This document shows positions 37,683-46,373 of a DNA stretch of 64,000 nucleotides, piece after piece. The stretch is from the NCBI GenBank assembly GCA_963662235.1, contig OY759308.1, positions 1,078,109 through 1,142,108 on the forward strand, read 5' to 3'. The notes below the pieces were generated by a model. The model saw only the letters and a program-made list of their open reading frames with translations. It was not told the DNA's origin and searched no databases. Numbering within the stretch: position 1 is the stretch's first letter; every line of letters begins with the position of its first letter. Position numbers and translations under genes: made by a program. The DNA comes from Desulfobacterales bacterium (GTDB taxonomy: Bacteria > Desulfobacterota > Desulfobacteria > Desulfobacterales > G963662235).

Positions 37683-40310
37683 TTAAACGATAGTAAAAAT
37701 ATCATTAATGGCTTCTTTTAAGTTTTCTGTTTTATTTCCACCAGCTTGAGCCATATCGTCTCTTCCTCCACCGCTTCCATCAATTTTTTTTGCAAGTTCT
37801 TTTATGATTTGTCCCGCTTTAAATTTTTGAGTTAAATCTTTTGTTATAACTACGATGAGTGATGCCTTATCGTTACTTTTTGCACCAAGAACGACAATTC
37901 CAGATTGAATTTTATCTTTAATTTTATCAGCAATTTGTCTGATTTCTGATAGAGACTCTACCTCTATCTCTTTTGCAAAAATTTTAATTCCATTTTGAAC
38001 TTTGATATCGCCCTCGATATTTTTTAAAACAGATATCGATGCTTCTTTTTCTTTTATTTTTGCTAACTCTTTTTCAAGTAGTTTTACTTTAGAAACAAGT
38101 TTCTTACTTCTATCTACAAGATTTTCTTTATTATCTTTTAACGCCAAAGAGACATTTTGAAGAATAGTTTCACTATTTTGAATATATTTAAGAGCCTCTT
38201 CTCCAGTTAAAGCTTCTATTCTTCTTACACCTGCTGCTATACTACTTTCACTTATAATTTTAAAAAAACCTATATTGCCTGTTCTGCTTGTATGTGTGCC
38301 CCCGCAAAGCTCTTTACTAAAATTACCCATTGAAATAACGCGTACTTTATCTCCATATTTTTCTTCAAAAATAGCTGTAGCACCATCTTTTAGAGCGTCG
38401 TCTATATTCATCTCTTTTATTTTAATCTCTGCATTTTGGCATATTTTTTTATTAACATACTCTTCTATTTTTAAGAGCTCTTCATTGGTGACTTGCGAAA
38501 AATGCGAAAAATCAAAACGAAGATAATTGCTCGTTACAAAAGAGCCTGCTTGTTTTATATGTTTTCCTAAAAGATTAGAAAGTGCTGAATGTAAAATGTG
38601 TGTAGCTGTATGATTACTTGCAGTTTTATCTCTCTTATCTTTGTCAATTTTTAATGTAACTCTATCTTTTTTGGAAACAGTTCCAGAGATGACTTTACCT
38701 TTATGAATAATAAGCCCAGTTGCATCTTTTATAGTATTATTAACTTCTATCTTGAGTTTTTCGTTTTGGATATAACCTATATCGCCAACTTGTCCGCCTG
38801 TTTCGCCATAAAAGGGGGTTTCTTTTGTGATTATACTTATTTTATCGCCTTTGCCTGCTGTTTTAATCTCTTTTCCTTTTTCATCTACTAAAAGTAAAAT
38901 ATCGGATTGTATTTCATAATTTTCATAACCTACAAAATTGCTTTTAACGCCTTTTAAAGATTTATAAGCTTCCGAAAACTCTTCAAAACTTACACTCCCT
39001 TTAGACCTCTTTTTTTGTTCCTGCATTCTTTTGTCAAAACCGTCTAAGTCAAGATATATCTTTTGTCCTTTAACTATATCTTTAATGATATCAACAGGAA
39101 ATCCAAAAGAGTCGTAAAGCTTAAATATTGTATCCCCATCAATTGTATTAGATTTTTTTTCTTTTAATTCTTCTATCTTTTCATTTAAAATTTTAAGACC
39201 GTTATCAAGCGTTGTTAAGAATTTTTCTTCTTCATTTTGAATAACATTCAATATAAAATCTTTAGAATCTATAAGCTCAGGATAGGCATCTTGCATTATT
39301 TCAAAAACAACCTCACTGCTTTTATTCAAAAAAGGTTTAGTAATATTTAAGTTTCGTCCATAACGAATTGCTCTTCTCATAATTCTTCTTAAAACGTATC
39401 CTCTACCTTCATTTGAAGGAAGCACTCCATCACATATCAAAAAAACTGCGGCTCTTGAATGGTCTGCAATAACTTTCATAGCGATATGTGTCTCTACGCT
39501 ATCTTCTTTTTTTTTACCGCAAATTTTCTCTACTCTATTCATAATAGGAGTAAAGAGGTCTGTTTCATAATTTGTAGGGGTATTTTGCAAAATTGAAAGT
39601 AGGCGTTCCAGTCCAAGTCCTGTATCTATGCTCGGTTTTGGTAAAGGATTTAAGTTTCCTTCTTTATCTTTTTCAAACTGCATAAAAACAAGATTCCATA
39701 TTTCAAGGTATCTGTCACAATCGCAACCAACTGAACAATCTGGTTTGTCGCATCCAAACTCTTTGCCTCTATCGATATGAATTTCACTACAAGGTCCACA
39801 AGGTCCTATATCTCCCATCTCCCAAAAGTTATCTTTTTTTCCTAATCGTACTATTTTCTCTTTTGGTACACCTATTTTATTATGCCATATATCATAAGCT
39901 TCGTCATCTTCATAATATACAGAAATCCACAAATCGTCTTTTGGAAGTTTGTAGTGGTTTGTGAGTAAATCCCATGCGTAAGCGATAGCTTCTTCTTTAA
40001 AATAGTCACCAAATGAAAAGTTGCCGAGCATTTCAAAAAACGTATGGTGCCTTGCGGTATAGCCTACATTTTCGAGGTCATTATGTTTTCCGCCAGCTCT
40101 AACGCTTTTTTGATAAGTTGTAGCTCTTTTATACTCTCTTATATCTTCGCCAAAAAAACATCTTTTAAACTGTACCATACCTGAATTTACAAAAAGCAGG
40201 GTAGGGTCGTTGTCTGGAACCAAAGAAGAACTTCTTACATTAGTGTGTCCTTTAGATTTAAAATAATCTATAAACATTTTTCTAACTTTTGCACTTGTGA
40301 TGTTTTTCAT
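37683..40310 (-). CDS. alaS: alanine--tRNA ligase
   Basis: FVNSGMVQFK, GKHNDLENVG, editing-domain HxxxH/CGGTH, C-terminal DHHA1-like tail; 875 aa. Confidence 0.95.
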   Translation of the reverse strand: MKNITSAKVRKMFIDYFKSKGHTNVRSSSLVPDNDPTLLFVNSGMVQFKRCFFGEDIREYKRATTYQKSVRAGGKHNDLENVGYTARHHTFFEMLGNFSFGDYFKEEAIAYAWDLLTNHYKLPKDDLWISVYYEDDEAYDIWHNKIGVPKEKIVRLGKKDNFWEMGDIGPCGPCSEIHIDRGKEFGCDKPDCSVGCDCDRYLEIWNLVFMQFEKDKEGNLNPLPKPSIDTGLGLERLLSILQNTPTNYETDLFTPIMNRVEKICGKKKEDSVETHIAMKVIADHSRAAVFLICDGVLPSNEGRGYVLRRIMRRAIRYGRNLNITKPFLNKSSEVVFEIMQDAYPELIDSKDFILNVIQNEEEKFLTTLDNGLKILNEKIEELKEKKSNTIDGDTIFKLYDSFGFPVDIIKDIVKGQKIYLDLDGFDKRMQEQKKRSKGSVSFEEFSEAYKSLKGVKSNFVGYENYEIQSDILLLVDEKGKEIKTAGKGDKISIITKETPFYGETGGQVGDIGYIQNEKLKIEVNNTIKDATGLIIHKGKVISGTVSKKDRVTLKIDKDKRDKTASNHTATHILHSALSNLLGKHIKQAGSFVTSNYLRFDFSHFSQVTNEELLKIEEYVNKKICQNAEIKIKEMNIDDALKDGATAIFEEKYGDKVRVISMGNFSKELCGGTHTSRTGNIGFFKIISESSIAAGVRRIEALTGEEALKYIQNSETILQNVSLALKDNKENLVDRSKKLVSKVKLLEKELAKIKEKEASISVLKNIEGDIKVQNGIKIFAKEIEVESLSEIRQIADKIKDKIQSGIVVLGAKSNDKASLIVVITKDLTQKFKAGQIIKELAKKIDGSGGGRDDMAQAGGNKTENLKEAINDIFTIV

Positions 40311-40322
40311 AATAGCAATCCT

Positions 40323-41957
40323 TTATTTTGCTCTTTGACCAAAAATTTTAATTTCAAATTTTTTTTCCTTTTTGTTTTTTTTAATCTTCGCATATCCACT
40401 CATACCAAAAGCAGCAGGTCCATTAACATAATATATATTTTCTTCTAAATTTGGGTTTTTAATTTCATATCCCATACATTCTGCAATTAAGTTGCCAACT
40501 TCATAGTGAGTGGGATAAAATTTCTCTTTTACTTCCTTTTCTATTTCGCCATCAGTGTTGTTAGAGTAAAAAAGAAAAGGCACACTATAACAGGCTTCTA
40601 TAAGTTTTGTATGCCCATAATAGCCTCTCTTTTCGCCAAAAGCTTCTCCATGGTCTGAAGTTACAAATATATAAGTTTTTTCACCAAGACTTTTATAATA
40701 TTTTATAATCTCACTAATTAAAAAATCGTTATAAAGTACGCCATTATCGTATGCATTTTTTCTTTTTTCATCATAAGAAAGATGATTTGAAACAGGAAAT
40801 TTTATAAACTCTTTTCTATGATTATAATTGTTTATAAATGGGTCGTGAATGTTTCTTTGATGTAATACAATAAAGTTTTGATCGCCTAAATCTAAGCTTT
40901 TAGCAATTTTTAAAAGCCCTTCATCCTTATACTTTTCAAAAATATCTTTTTTTGAATCAAAAGATACAAAGTAATCTATAAATTTTGTGCCTATACCTGT
41001 AAGGCAATTACTCGATTGAGCAGAAATAAAAAAAGTTTTAAACCCTGCATCTTTTGCAAGTTTAAACATATTACTGTTTTGTTTTTTTATTATATCTTGG
41101 TTCATAGGGTTATATTGTATATTAAACAGAAGAGGCATTGTAGCTCTTGTTGCTGTGGCTGAAGAAAACCCTTTTTTATATATAAAATTTTTATCGTTTT
41201 TTAAAAGATTTAGTCTTGGTGTAGTATCATTTTTTGCACCAAAAAGAGACATTCTGCTAAATGTAAAACTTTCGCCTACTACAAAAACGATAGTGGTTTT
41301 TTGAACATCTTTTTTTTTAACAATTTCGTATGGTAGAAATTTTTTTCCTTCATCTTGTGTAAATTTTTTTGGAAGAAAATAAAAAAAGAAAGCAGAATAA
41401 GAGTTTAGAGAATTGGCAAGAGAAGGAAGTTTTTTATATGGAAAGACCCTTAATATATCTCTTTGAAAAGGTATTCTTACAGCAGGGAAAATTAAAAAAA
41501 TAATCAGCAATATAGAAAAAAACTTAATTTTTAACTGAGATTTCCAGCTCTTTTTTATTACAAAAAACAGAATTAAATAAGGTATAATAACAATAAGCGG
41601 TGCATAAAGAAGCGAAAAAAAAGAGTTGCCTGCAACAAGAGATATTTCAGCCACTTCTTCAAACATAAGCTCTATAGAATAAGGGTCTATATAATCGTTA
41701 AAATAGGCAAGACTGCAAAATTGTGTAATTTCAAAAAAAGCGAACAAGATAAGAACAAAACAAGTAAGTCTGTAATTTTTTGAAGAGATTAAAATAAAAC
41801 CAAAAACGAAAAATATAATGAAATATTGCAGCTGTCTAAATTCAATACGATATGCGTTGTGAAAAAACGAAAAAAGATAGTCAGGGAGCAGTAAACATAT
41901 AGATGCTAAAAGCGATAAAATAAGGTTTACTGTTAATTTTTTTACTGTGTTGTTCAT
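40323..41957 (-). CDS. phosphoethanolamine transferase-like sulfatase-family membrane enzyme
   Basis: N-terminal TM bundle and sulfatase domain (VVGESFTFSRMSLFG, TSDHGEAFGE). Confidence 0.75.
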   Translation of the reverse strand: MNNTVKKLTVNLILSLLASICLLLPDYLFSFFHNAYRIEFRQLQYFIIFFVFGFILISSKNYRLTCFVLILFAFFEITQFCSLAYFNDYIDPYSIELMFEEVAEISLVAGNSFFSLLYAPLIVIIPYLILFFVIKKSWKSQLKIKFFSILLIIFLIFPAVRIPFQRDILRVFPYKKLPSLANSLNSYSAFFFYFLPKKFTQDEGKKFLPYEIVKKKDVQKTTIVFVVGESFTFSRMSLFGAKNDTTPRLNLLKNDKNFIYKKGFSSATATRATMPLLFNIQYNPMNQDIIKKQNSNMFKLAKDAGFKTFFISAQSSNCLTGIGTKFIDYFVSFDSKKDIFEKYKDEGLLKIAKSLDLGDQNFIVLHQRNIHDPFINNYNHRKEFIKFPVSNHLSYDEKRKNAYDNGVLYNDFLISEIIKYYKSLGEKTYIFVTSDHGEAFGEKRGYYGHTKLIEACYSVPFLFYSNNTDGEIEKEVKEKFYPTHYEVGNLIAECMGYEIKNPNLEENIYYVNGPAAFGMSGYAKIKKNKKEKKFEIKIFGQRAK

Positions 41958-41980
41958 AATTATAAATATATCCTAATTTG

Positions 41981-43093
41981 TTATTGAGTAAGTTTTTTAT
42001 ATAAATCGATAGTTTTTGTACACATCTTTTCGGTGGTAAAGTTTTGTAGTGCCCACGCTCTGCCATTTTGTCCTAATGTTTTTCTAAGATTTTCATCTAA
42101 AATTAATTTTTTTAATTTTTCTGCCATATCATAAATGTCATCAGGTTTGAATAAAAGCCCTGTTTTTTCGTCTACTATAGTTTCAAGATTTCCGCCTATC
42201 GCAGCACCTAATAGAGGTTTTTCCATAGCACTTGCTTCAACAGAGACTCTGCCAAACGCCTCTTTTCTTATAGAAGAGATAACAATACCAGCAATAGATA
42301 GACATTCAGGCATTCTATTACAATTATCTGTAAAAATAATTTTTTTCTCTAAATTAAATTTTTTTATCAGTTTTTCCATCTTTTTATAGTATAATCTTTT
42401 CTTATTTAAACTTCCTACAAACAGAAGGGTAAAGTCTAAATCTTTTATTAAATTTACACTATTTATAATAAACAAATGTTTTTTTACTCTTGATAGTCTC
42501 GCAGGAAAAATTATGATGGGATGTGTTATGTTTTCAATGCCCCATTTTTTTTTAAAAGCATCAACTAAGTTTTTATCAACTTTTAAAGGGTTGAACTTTT
42601 CTTCGTCAAATCCTCTGTGAATGAGTTCAATTTTTTCACTTTCAACTTTATAATGTTTTTTTATATGGCTTGTAACACCGTTTGAAACACTTATAACTTT
42701 TTCGCCTTTTGCCATTATACTCGAAAATTTATTGATAGTATAAAAGCCATGAAAAGTTGTTATAAATTTTGGTCTTTTATTTAAAGGAATTGTTTTTAAA
42801 ACGAGATAGGAAAGCCAAGCTGGAACTTTAGAGCGTACGTGCAAAATATCTATTTTCTCTTTTATTAAAAACGCTCTTAAAGGAAAAAAATATTTAAAGA
42901 CAAAAAGACTTTTTTTGCCGATAGCCCAATCTATGTAGGTCGCTCCTGTCTTTAAAAGGTTATCAACCATTCGCCCCTTTTTTGCGATAACAAAAGCTTT
43001 ATGTCCTTTTTTTTCGAGATAAGACGCTATCTCTATCGTACCTCTTTCTACACCGCCTTCATCAAGTTTTGGTAATATCTGTAATACTTTCAT
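41981..43093 (-). CDS. GT-B glycosyltransferase (family 1/4)
   Basis: EAFGRVSVEASAMEKPLLGAAIGGNLETIVDEKTGLLF, an E-x7-E type motif. Confidence 0.8.
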   Translation of the reverse strand: MKVLQILPKLDEGGVERGTIEIASYLEKKGHKAFVIAKKGRMVDNLLKTGATYIDWAIGKKSLFVFKYFFPLRAFLIKEKIDILHVRSKVPAWLSYLVLKTIPLNKRPKFITTFHGFYTINKFSSIMAKGEKVISVSNGVTSHIKKHYKVESEKIELIHRGFDEEKFNPLKVDKNLVDAFKKKWGIENITHPIIIFPARLSRVKKHLFIINSVNLIKDLDFTLLFVGSLNKKRLYYKKMEKLIKKFNLEKKIIFTDNCNRMPECLSIAGIVISSIRKEAFGRVSVEASAMEKPLLGAAIGGNLETIVDEKTGLLFKPDDIYDMAEKLKKLILDENLRKTLGQNGRAWALQNFTTEKMCTKTIDLYKKLTQ

Positions 43094-43181
43094 ATCAATT
43101 TGCTTTAATATTAATACCTATTTTAATGTTTTTTAATTACATAAAAGAGAGATAGTTAGAAGTACAATTGTTTTAATCTTG

Positions 43182-44003
43182 TTACATTATAAATTTTGAG
43201 TGATGCCCTTTGATTACAAAGTTTACACCAAGGAAAGTGAAGATGAGTAGGAAAAAAGCGAGTATAACTATAATGGCTGTTTTCTTTTTACTAACTTTAC
43301 TAAAAGGTGTGAAACAATGAAGTATAAAGGCATACATAAGCCATGAAATCAGTGACCATAACTCTTTAGGATCCCACGACCAAAATTTTCCCCAAGCGAT
43401 TTTTGCATAAACAAACCCTATTATTAAACCGATTGTAAGAAAAGAGAAGCCAGATTTAATGCAAAAATCGGTAGCATTATGTATAGAGTTTAAAGAGGGA
43501 AGCCTTTTGAAGAAGAAGAAAGTTTTTTTAGATTTTATAGAGCTTTCTTGAATGAGAAAAAGGATACTCATACCAAAAGCTATTGTAAAAAAAGCGTCTC
43601 CTATAAAAATTAAAATAACGTGTAAAAACACCCAAATATTACTCAAAAGAGAGGTTTTAGCTTCAACAGGTACAGAATCGATTAAAGAGATAAAACCAGA
43701 AATAGTAACAATAGGCATAGCAGAAGTTCCAATTATTTTGAGCTTGTATTTATATCTTAAAAAAATAACAGCACCAGCTATCGCAGAAGATATAATGAGG
43801 AAGAGGTAAGACAGATTATAACAGATTAAAAAGCCGTCAGATTTTAAAAATAAAATTATTAAAATTAGATTAAAAATAAAACCTATCCATAAGAAAATTA
43901 AGCCGAACCTTTGTGTAAAATTTTTTGGAAAAAAAAGGTAAACAAAATAGAAAATTGTGCTTAAAGAATAAAAAAAGAGTGTGCCGATTTTAAAAATATA
44001 CAC
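43182..44003 (-). CDS. cytochrome c assembly (CcsA/HemX-like) family membrane protein
   Basis: Trp-rich motif WGKFWSWDPKELWSLISW; 8 hydrophobic segments. Confidence 0.75.
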   Translation of the reverse strand: MYIFKIGTLFFYSLSTIFYFVYLFFPKNFTQRFGLIFLWIGFIFNLILIILFLKSDGFLICYNLSYLFLIISSAIAGAVIFLRYKYKLKIIGTSAMPIVTISGFISLIDSVPVEAKTSLLSNIWVFLHVILIFIGDAFFTIAFGMSILFLIQESSIKSKKTFFFFKRLPSLNSIHNATDFCIKSGFSFLTIGLIIGFVYAKIAWGKFWSWDPKELWSLISWLMYAFILHCFTPFSKVSKKKTAIIVILAFFLLIFTFLGVNFVIKGHHSKFIM

Positions 44004-44675
44004 TTATTTATCCTCCATTAATTCACTATAAAGAAATTTTCTATCTTTACCAAAAATTTCCATAAGAATAGAATCAATCTTTTCAATATCGTTTGTTTTA
44101 ATATATTTAATTATATCTTGTTCTATAAAAGCTTCAAATAAAGGTTTATGTTCTTCAGGAGAATGTTTTTCTGCAAGCAACTTTAATCGTATCTTTTTCA
44201 TTAATTCTAAAAAAATTTCATACTCTAAACCGAACTCTGTTTCAAAATTTTTTCTCATTTTTTTAGCAAAAGCTGGGCTACTGCCAGAAGTAGATATAGA
44301 AAGAACTAAGTCTCCTCTTTCTATAAATGCAGGCAAAATAAAATCGCACTTAGAAGGGCAATCTGCAATGTTACAAATTACTTTTTCATTTTTAGCATTT
44401 ATGCTTATTTCAGAGTTTAACTCTTGTATATTTGTAGCACCAATAACAAGGAACATATCTTTTATATCATCTATGTCGTATTTTTTTTGTTTTAAGATTA
44501 AATTTTTATTTTCTTTTTCAAGCTCTTCTATCTCTTTTAGAAATTTAATACTTACAGCAGTAACTTTAGCCCTGCATTTCAGAAGAGTTTTTATTTTTCT
44601 TTTAGCGACCTTGCCACCACCTACTACAAGGCATTGTTTGTTATTTAGATCAAGATTGACTGGATAATATTTCAT
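44004..44675 (-). CDS. precorrin-2 dehydrogenase / sirohydrochlorin ferrochelatase (siroheme synthase N-terminal type)
   Basis: Rossmann motif VVGGGKVAKRKIKTLL and ISTSGSSPAFAKKMR. Confidence 0.8.
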   Translation of the reverse strand: MKYYPVNLDLNNKQCLVVGGGKVAKRKIKTLLKCRAKVTAVSIKFLKEIEELEKENKNLILKQKKYDIDDIKDMFLVIGATNIQELNSEISINAKNEKVICNIADCPSKCDFILPAFIERGDLVLSISTSGSSPAFAKKMRKNFETEFGLEYEIFLELMKKIRLKLLAEKHSPEEHKPLFEAFIEQDIIKYIKTNDIEKIDSILMEIFGKDRKFLYSELMEDK

Positions 44676-44700
44676 ATATTTTTAACCCGATTTAAAAATT

Positions 44701-45039
44701 TTATGTTAGTTTTAAAAAAGATTCTATACCCCAAAAAACTAAAGTGCCAAAAATTATTGTCAAAGCAAGGGATTTGGTTTTGATAGCAAATATAATTGTA
44801 GGTATAAAAGCAAAGAACTCTGGTTTTAAAAAAGTTATTATACGTGGGTTGTTACCTTTCGTAAATAGTTCTGGAAAAATTAAAGCTGCAAAAAGCGTAA
44901 CAGGTATAAATTCAAGCCATTTTATAAACTCATCTGGTATTTTTTTTTTTGAGAAAAAAATAAGAGGCAAGACTCTTGGAATATAAGTTACAACAGCCAT
45001 TCCTACTATTATTAATATAACTTTATTAGATAGACCCAT
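44701..45039 (-). CDS. azlD: AzlD-family branched-chain amino acid transport protein
   Basis: 112 aa, 4 hydrophobic segments, TYIPRVLPLIFF pattern. No azlC adjacent. Confidence 0.6.
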   Translation of the reverse strand: MGLSNKVILIIVGMAVVTYIPRVLPLIFFSKKKIPDEFIKWLEFIPVTLFAALIFPELFTKGNNPRIITFLKPEFFAFIPTIIFAIKTKSLALTIIFGTLVFWGIESFLKLT

Positions 45040-45187
45040 ATTTTAAAATTAAAAATTAAAGAAGTTAAGAGCAATATAAATTGTTTTATTTCAAACAATT
45101 AAAAAAATGCAAAATAAGTTTGTATCACTATTTTTAAAAAAAAAGTATTGCTAAATAAAACAACTTTTATCAAACATAAAATTTTTA

Positions 45188-45249
45188 AAAACCTTTGTAC
45201 ACACCTCACTACTATTTTCTTTATAAAAAACATTATGTGCAAAGGTCTC
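45188..45249. repeat. mini-MITE (62 bp) 14 nt upstream of smpB
   Basis: aaacctttgtacac...cattatgtgcaaaggtctc. Confidence 0.75.
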
Positions 45250-45263
45250 GGAAAGATAAGCAA

Positions 45264-45710
45264 ATGAAAAGAAAAATATTAGCAAAAAATAAAAAAGCAA
45301 GATTCAATTATACTATATTAGATACGTATGAAGCTGGTATTGCACTTCTTGGAAGTGAGGTTAAAGCTTTAAGAAATAGTCGTGGCAACATAAACGAAGC
45401 GTATATACGCCCTAAAAATAGTGAAATTTTTGTCTATAATATGTATATAGGAGAATATGAGTTTGCAAATCAAGAGAACCACAACACTTTTAGAATACGT
45501 AAACTCTTGCTTCATAAAAAAGAGATAAAAAAAATAGTTGCTAAAATAAAAGAAGGCGGACTGACAGTTGTTCCTCTTGAAGTGTATTTTAATGAAAAAG
45601 GTAAAGTTAAGTTAAGCATTGCTCTTGCTAAAGGAAAAAAACTTTATGACAAAAGACAAAGTATCAAAGAGAGAGAAGAGAAAATAAAAATAAAAAGAGC
45701 GATGAAGTAA
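45264..45710 (+). CDS. smpB: SsrA-binding protein
   Basis: NKKARFNYTILDTYEAGIALLGSEVKALR. The track start at 45195 is MITE-derived, so the ATG at 45264 is preferred. Confidence 0.95.
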   Translation: MKRKILAKNKKARFNYTILDTYEAGIALLGSEVKALRNSRGNINEAYIRPKNSEIFVYNMYIGEYEFANQENHNTFRIRKLLLHKKEIKKIVAKIKEGGLTVVPLEVYFNEKGKVKLSIALAKGKKLYDKRQSIKEREEKIKIKRAMK

Positions 45711-45712
45711 AA

Positions 45713-46064
45713 AAGACAGAGCATTGTCATAAGCCGAATTCTGTATTTATAAGCAATCATTCATCTAAGGATAAAAGTTGCCTTTTATCTCTTGCGACCT
45801 ACCCGAAAATAAGACGAGCAGCCTTATAACTTTCCTATTTGGTCTTGCACCAGGTGGGGTTTACAAAGCATTGGTAGTCACCTACCAATCTGGTGCGCTC
45901 TTACCGCACCTTTTCACCCTTACCATAAAATGGCGGTATACTTTCTGTTGCACTTTCCTTCATATCGCTACGACTCTACGTTATAGAGCACCTTGCTCTT
46001 TGGTGTTCGGACTTTCCTCTATCACCTTAAAAGGTAACAGCGATTGCTCGCAATACTCTGTCAA
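45713..46064 (-). ncRNA. rnpB: RNase P RNA, bacterial type A
   Basis: The minus strand reads GAGGAAAGTCCGAACACC (46019-46002), GTGCAACAGAAAGTATACCGCC, GGTAAGGGTGAAAAGGTGCGGTAAGAGCGCACC, GTAAACCCCACCTGGTGCAAGACCAAATAGG and ACAGAATTCGGCTTATGAC. P1 pairs gacagagtattg with caatgctctgtc. The ends are approximate to a few nt. Confidence 0.9.
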
Positions 46065-46127
46065 AACGAATAGTTATTAAAAAAAAATAGAAAGTAAACA
46101 AAAATAATAAGGTGGCTATTGAGTGAG

Positions 46128-46323
46128 GAGACCTTTGCACATAGCTCTATTTTGTAATATTTTTGTGGTGCAGTAGTATATTAATACGTCAAACCCAAAA
46201 ATATTGCAAAAGAGAGCGTAAGTCTTTATAGGGATTTTAGAGGTTTTTGAAAAAATTATTAAAAGTTAATATTTTTTTCAAAACCACTATTTTTCTATAA
46301 AAAACATTATGTGCAAAGGTCTC
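46128..46323. mobile_element. MITE copy H (196 bp), TSD AGTGAG
   Basis: AGTGAG at 46122-46127 and 46324-46329. Full inverted ends. Confidence 0.85.
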
Positions 46324-46337
46324 AGTGAGATATTTGT

Positions 46338-46364
46338 GAGAGCTTTGCATATAGCTCTCTTTTG
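46338..46364. repeat. solo MITE end just after the hsdR stop
   Basis: gagagctttgcatatagctctctttt. Confidence 0.65.
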
Positions 46365-46373
46365 TACATTTTC

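Noticed and set aside
44701-45039. AzlD without an adjacent AzlC partner as an anomaly
   Set aside because: The assignment rests on a short hydrophobic protein, and azlC could be elsewhere. This is too weak to interpret.
45778-46080. 100-aa plus-strand ORF after smpB, and the expectation of tmRNA next to smpB
   Set aside because: The region is the antisense of a clear type A RNase P RNA, with conserved GAGGAAAGTCCG, GGTAAGGGTGAAAAGGTGCGGTAAGAGCGCACC and ACAGAAnnCGGCTTA blocks on the minus strand. I saw no tRNA-like end or tag reading frame of a tmRNA.
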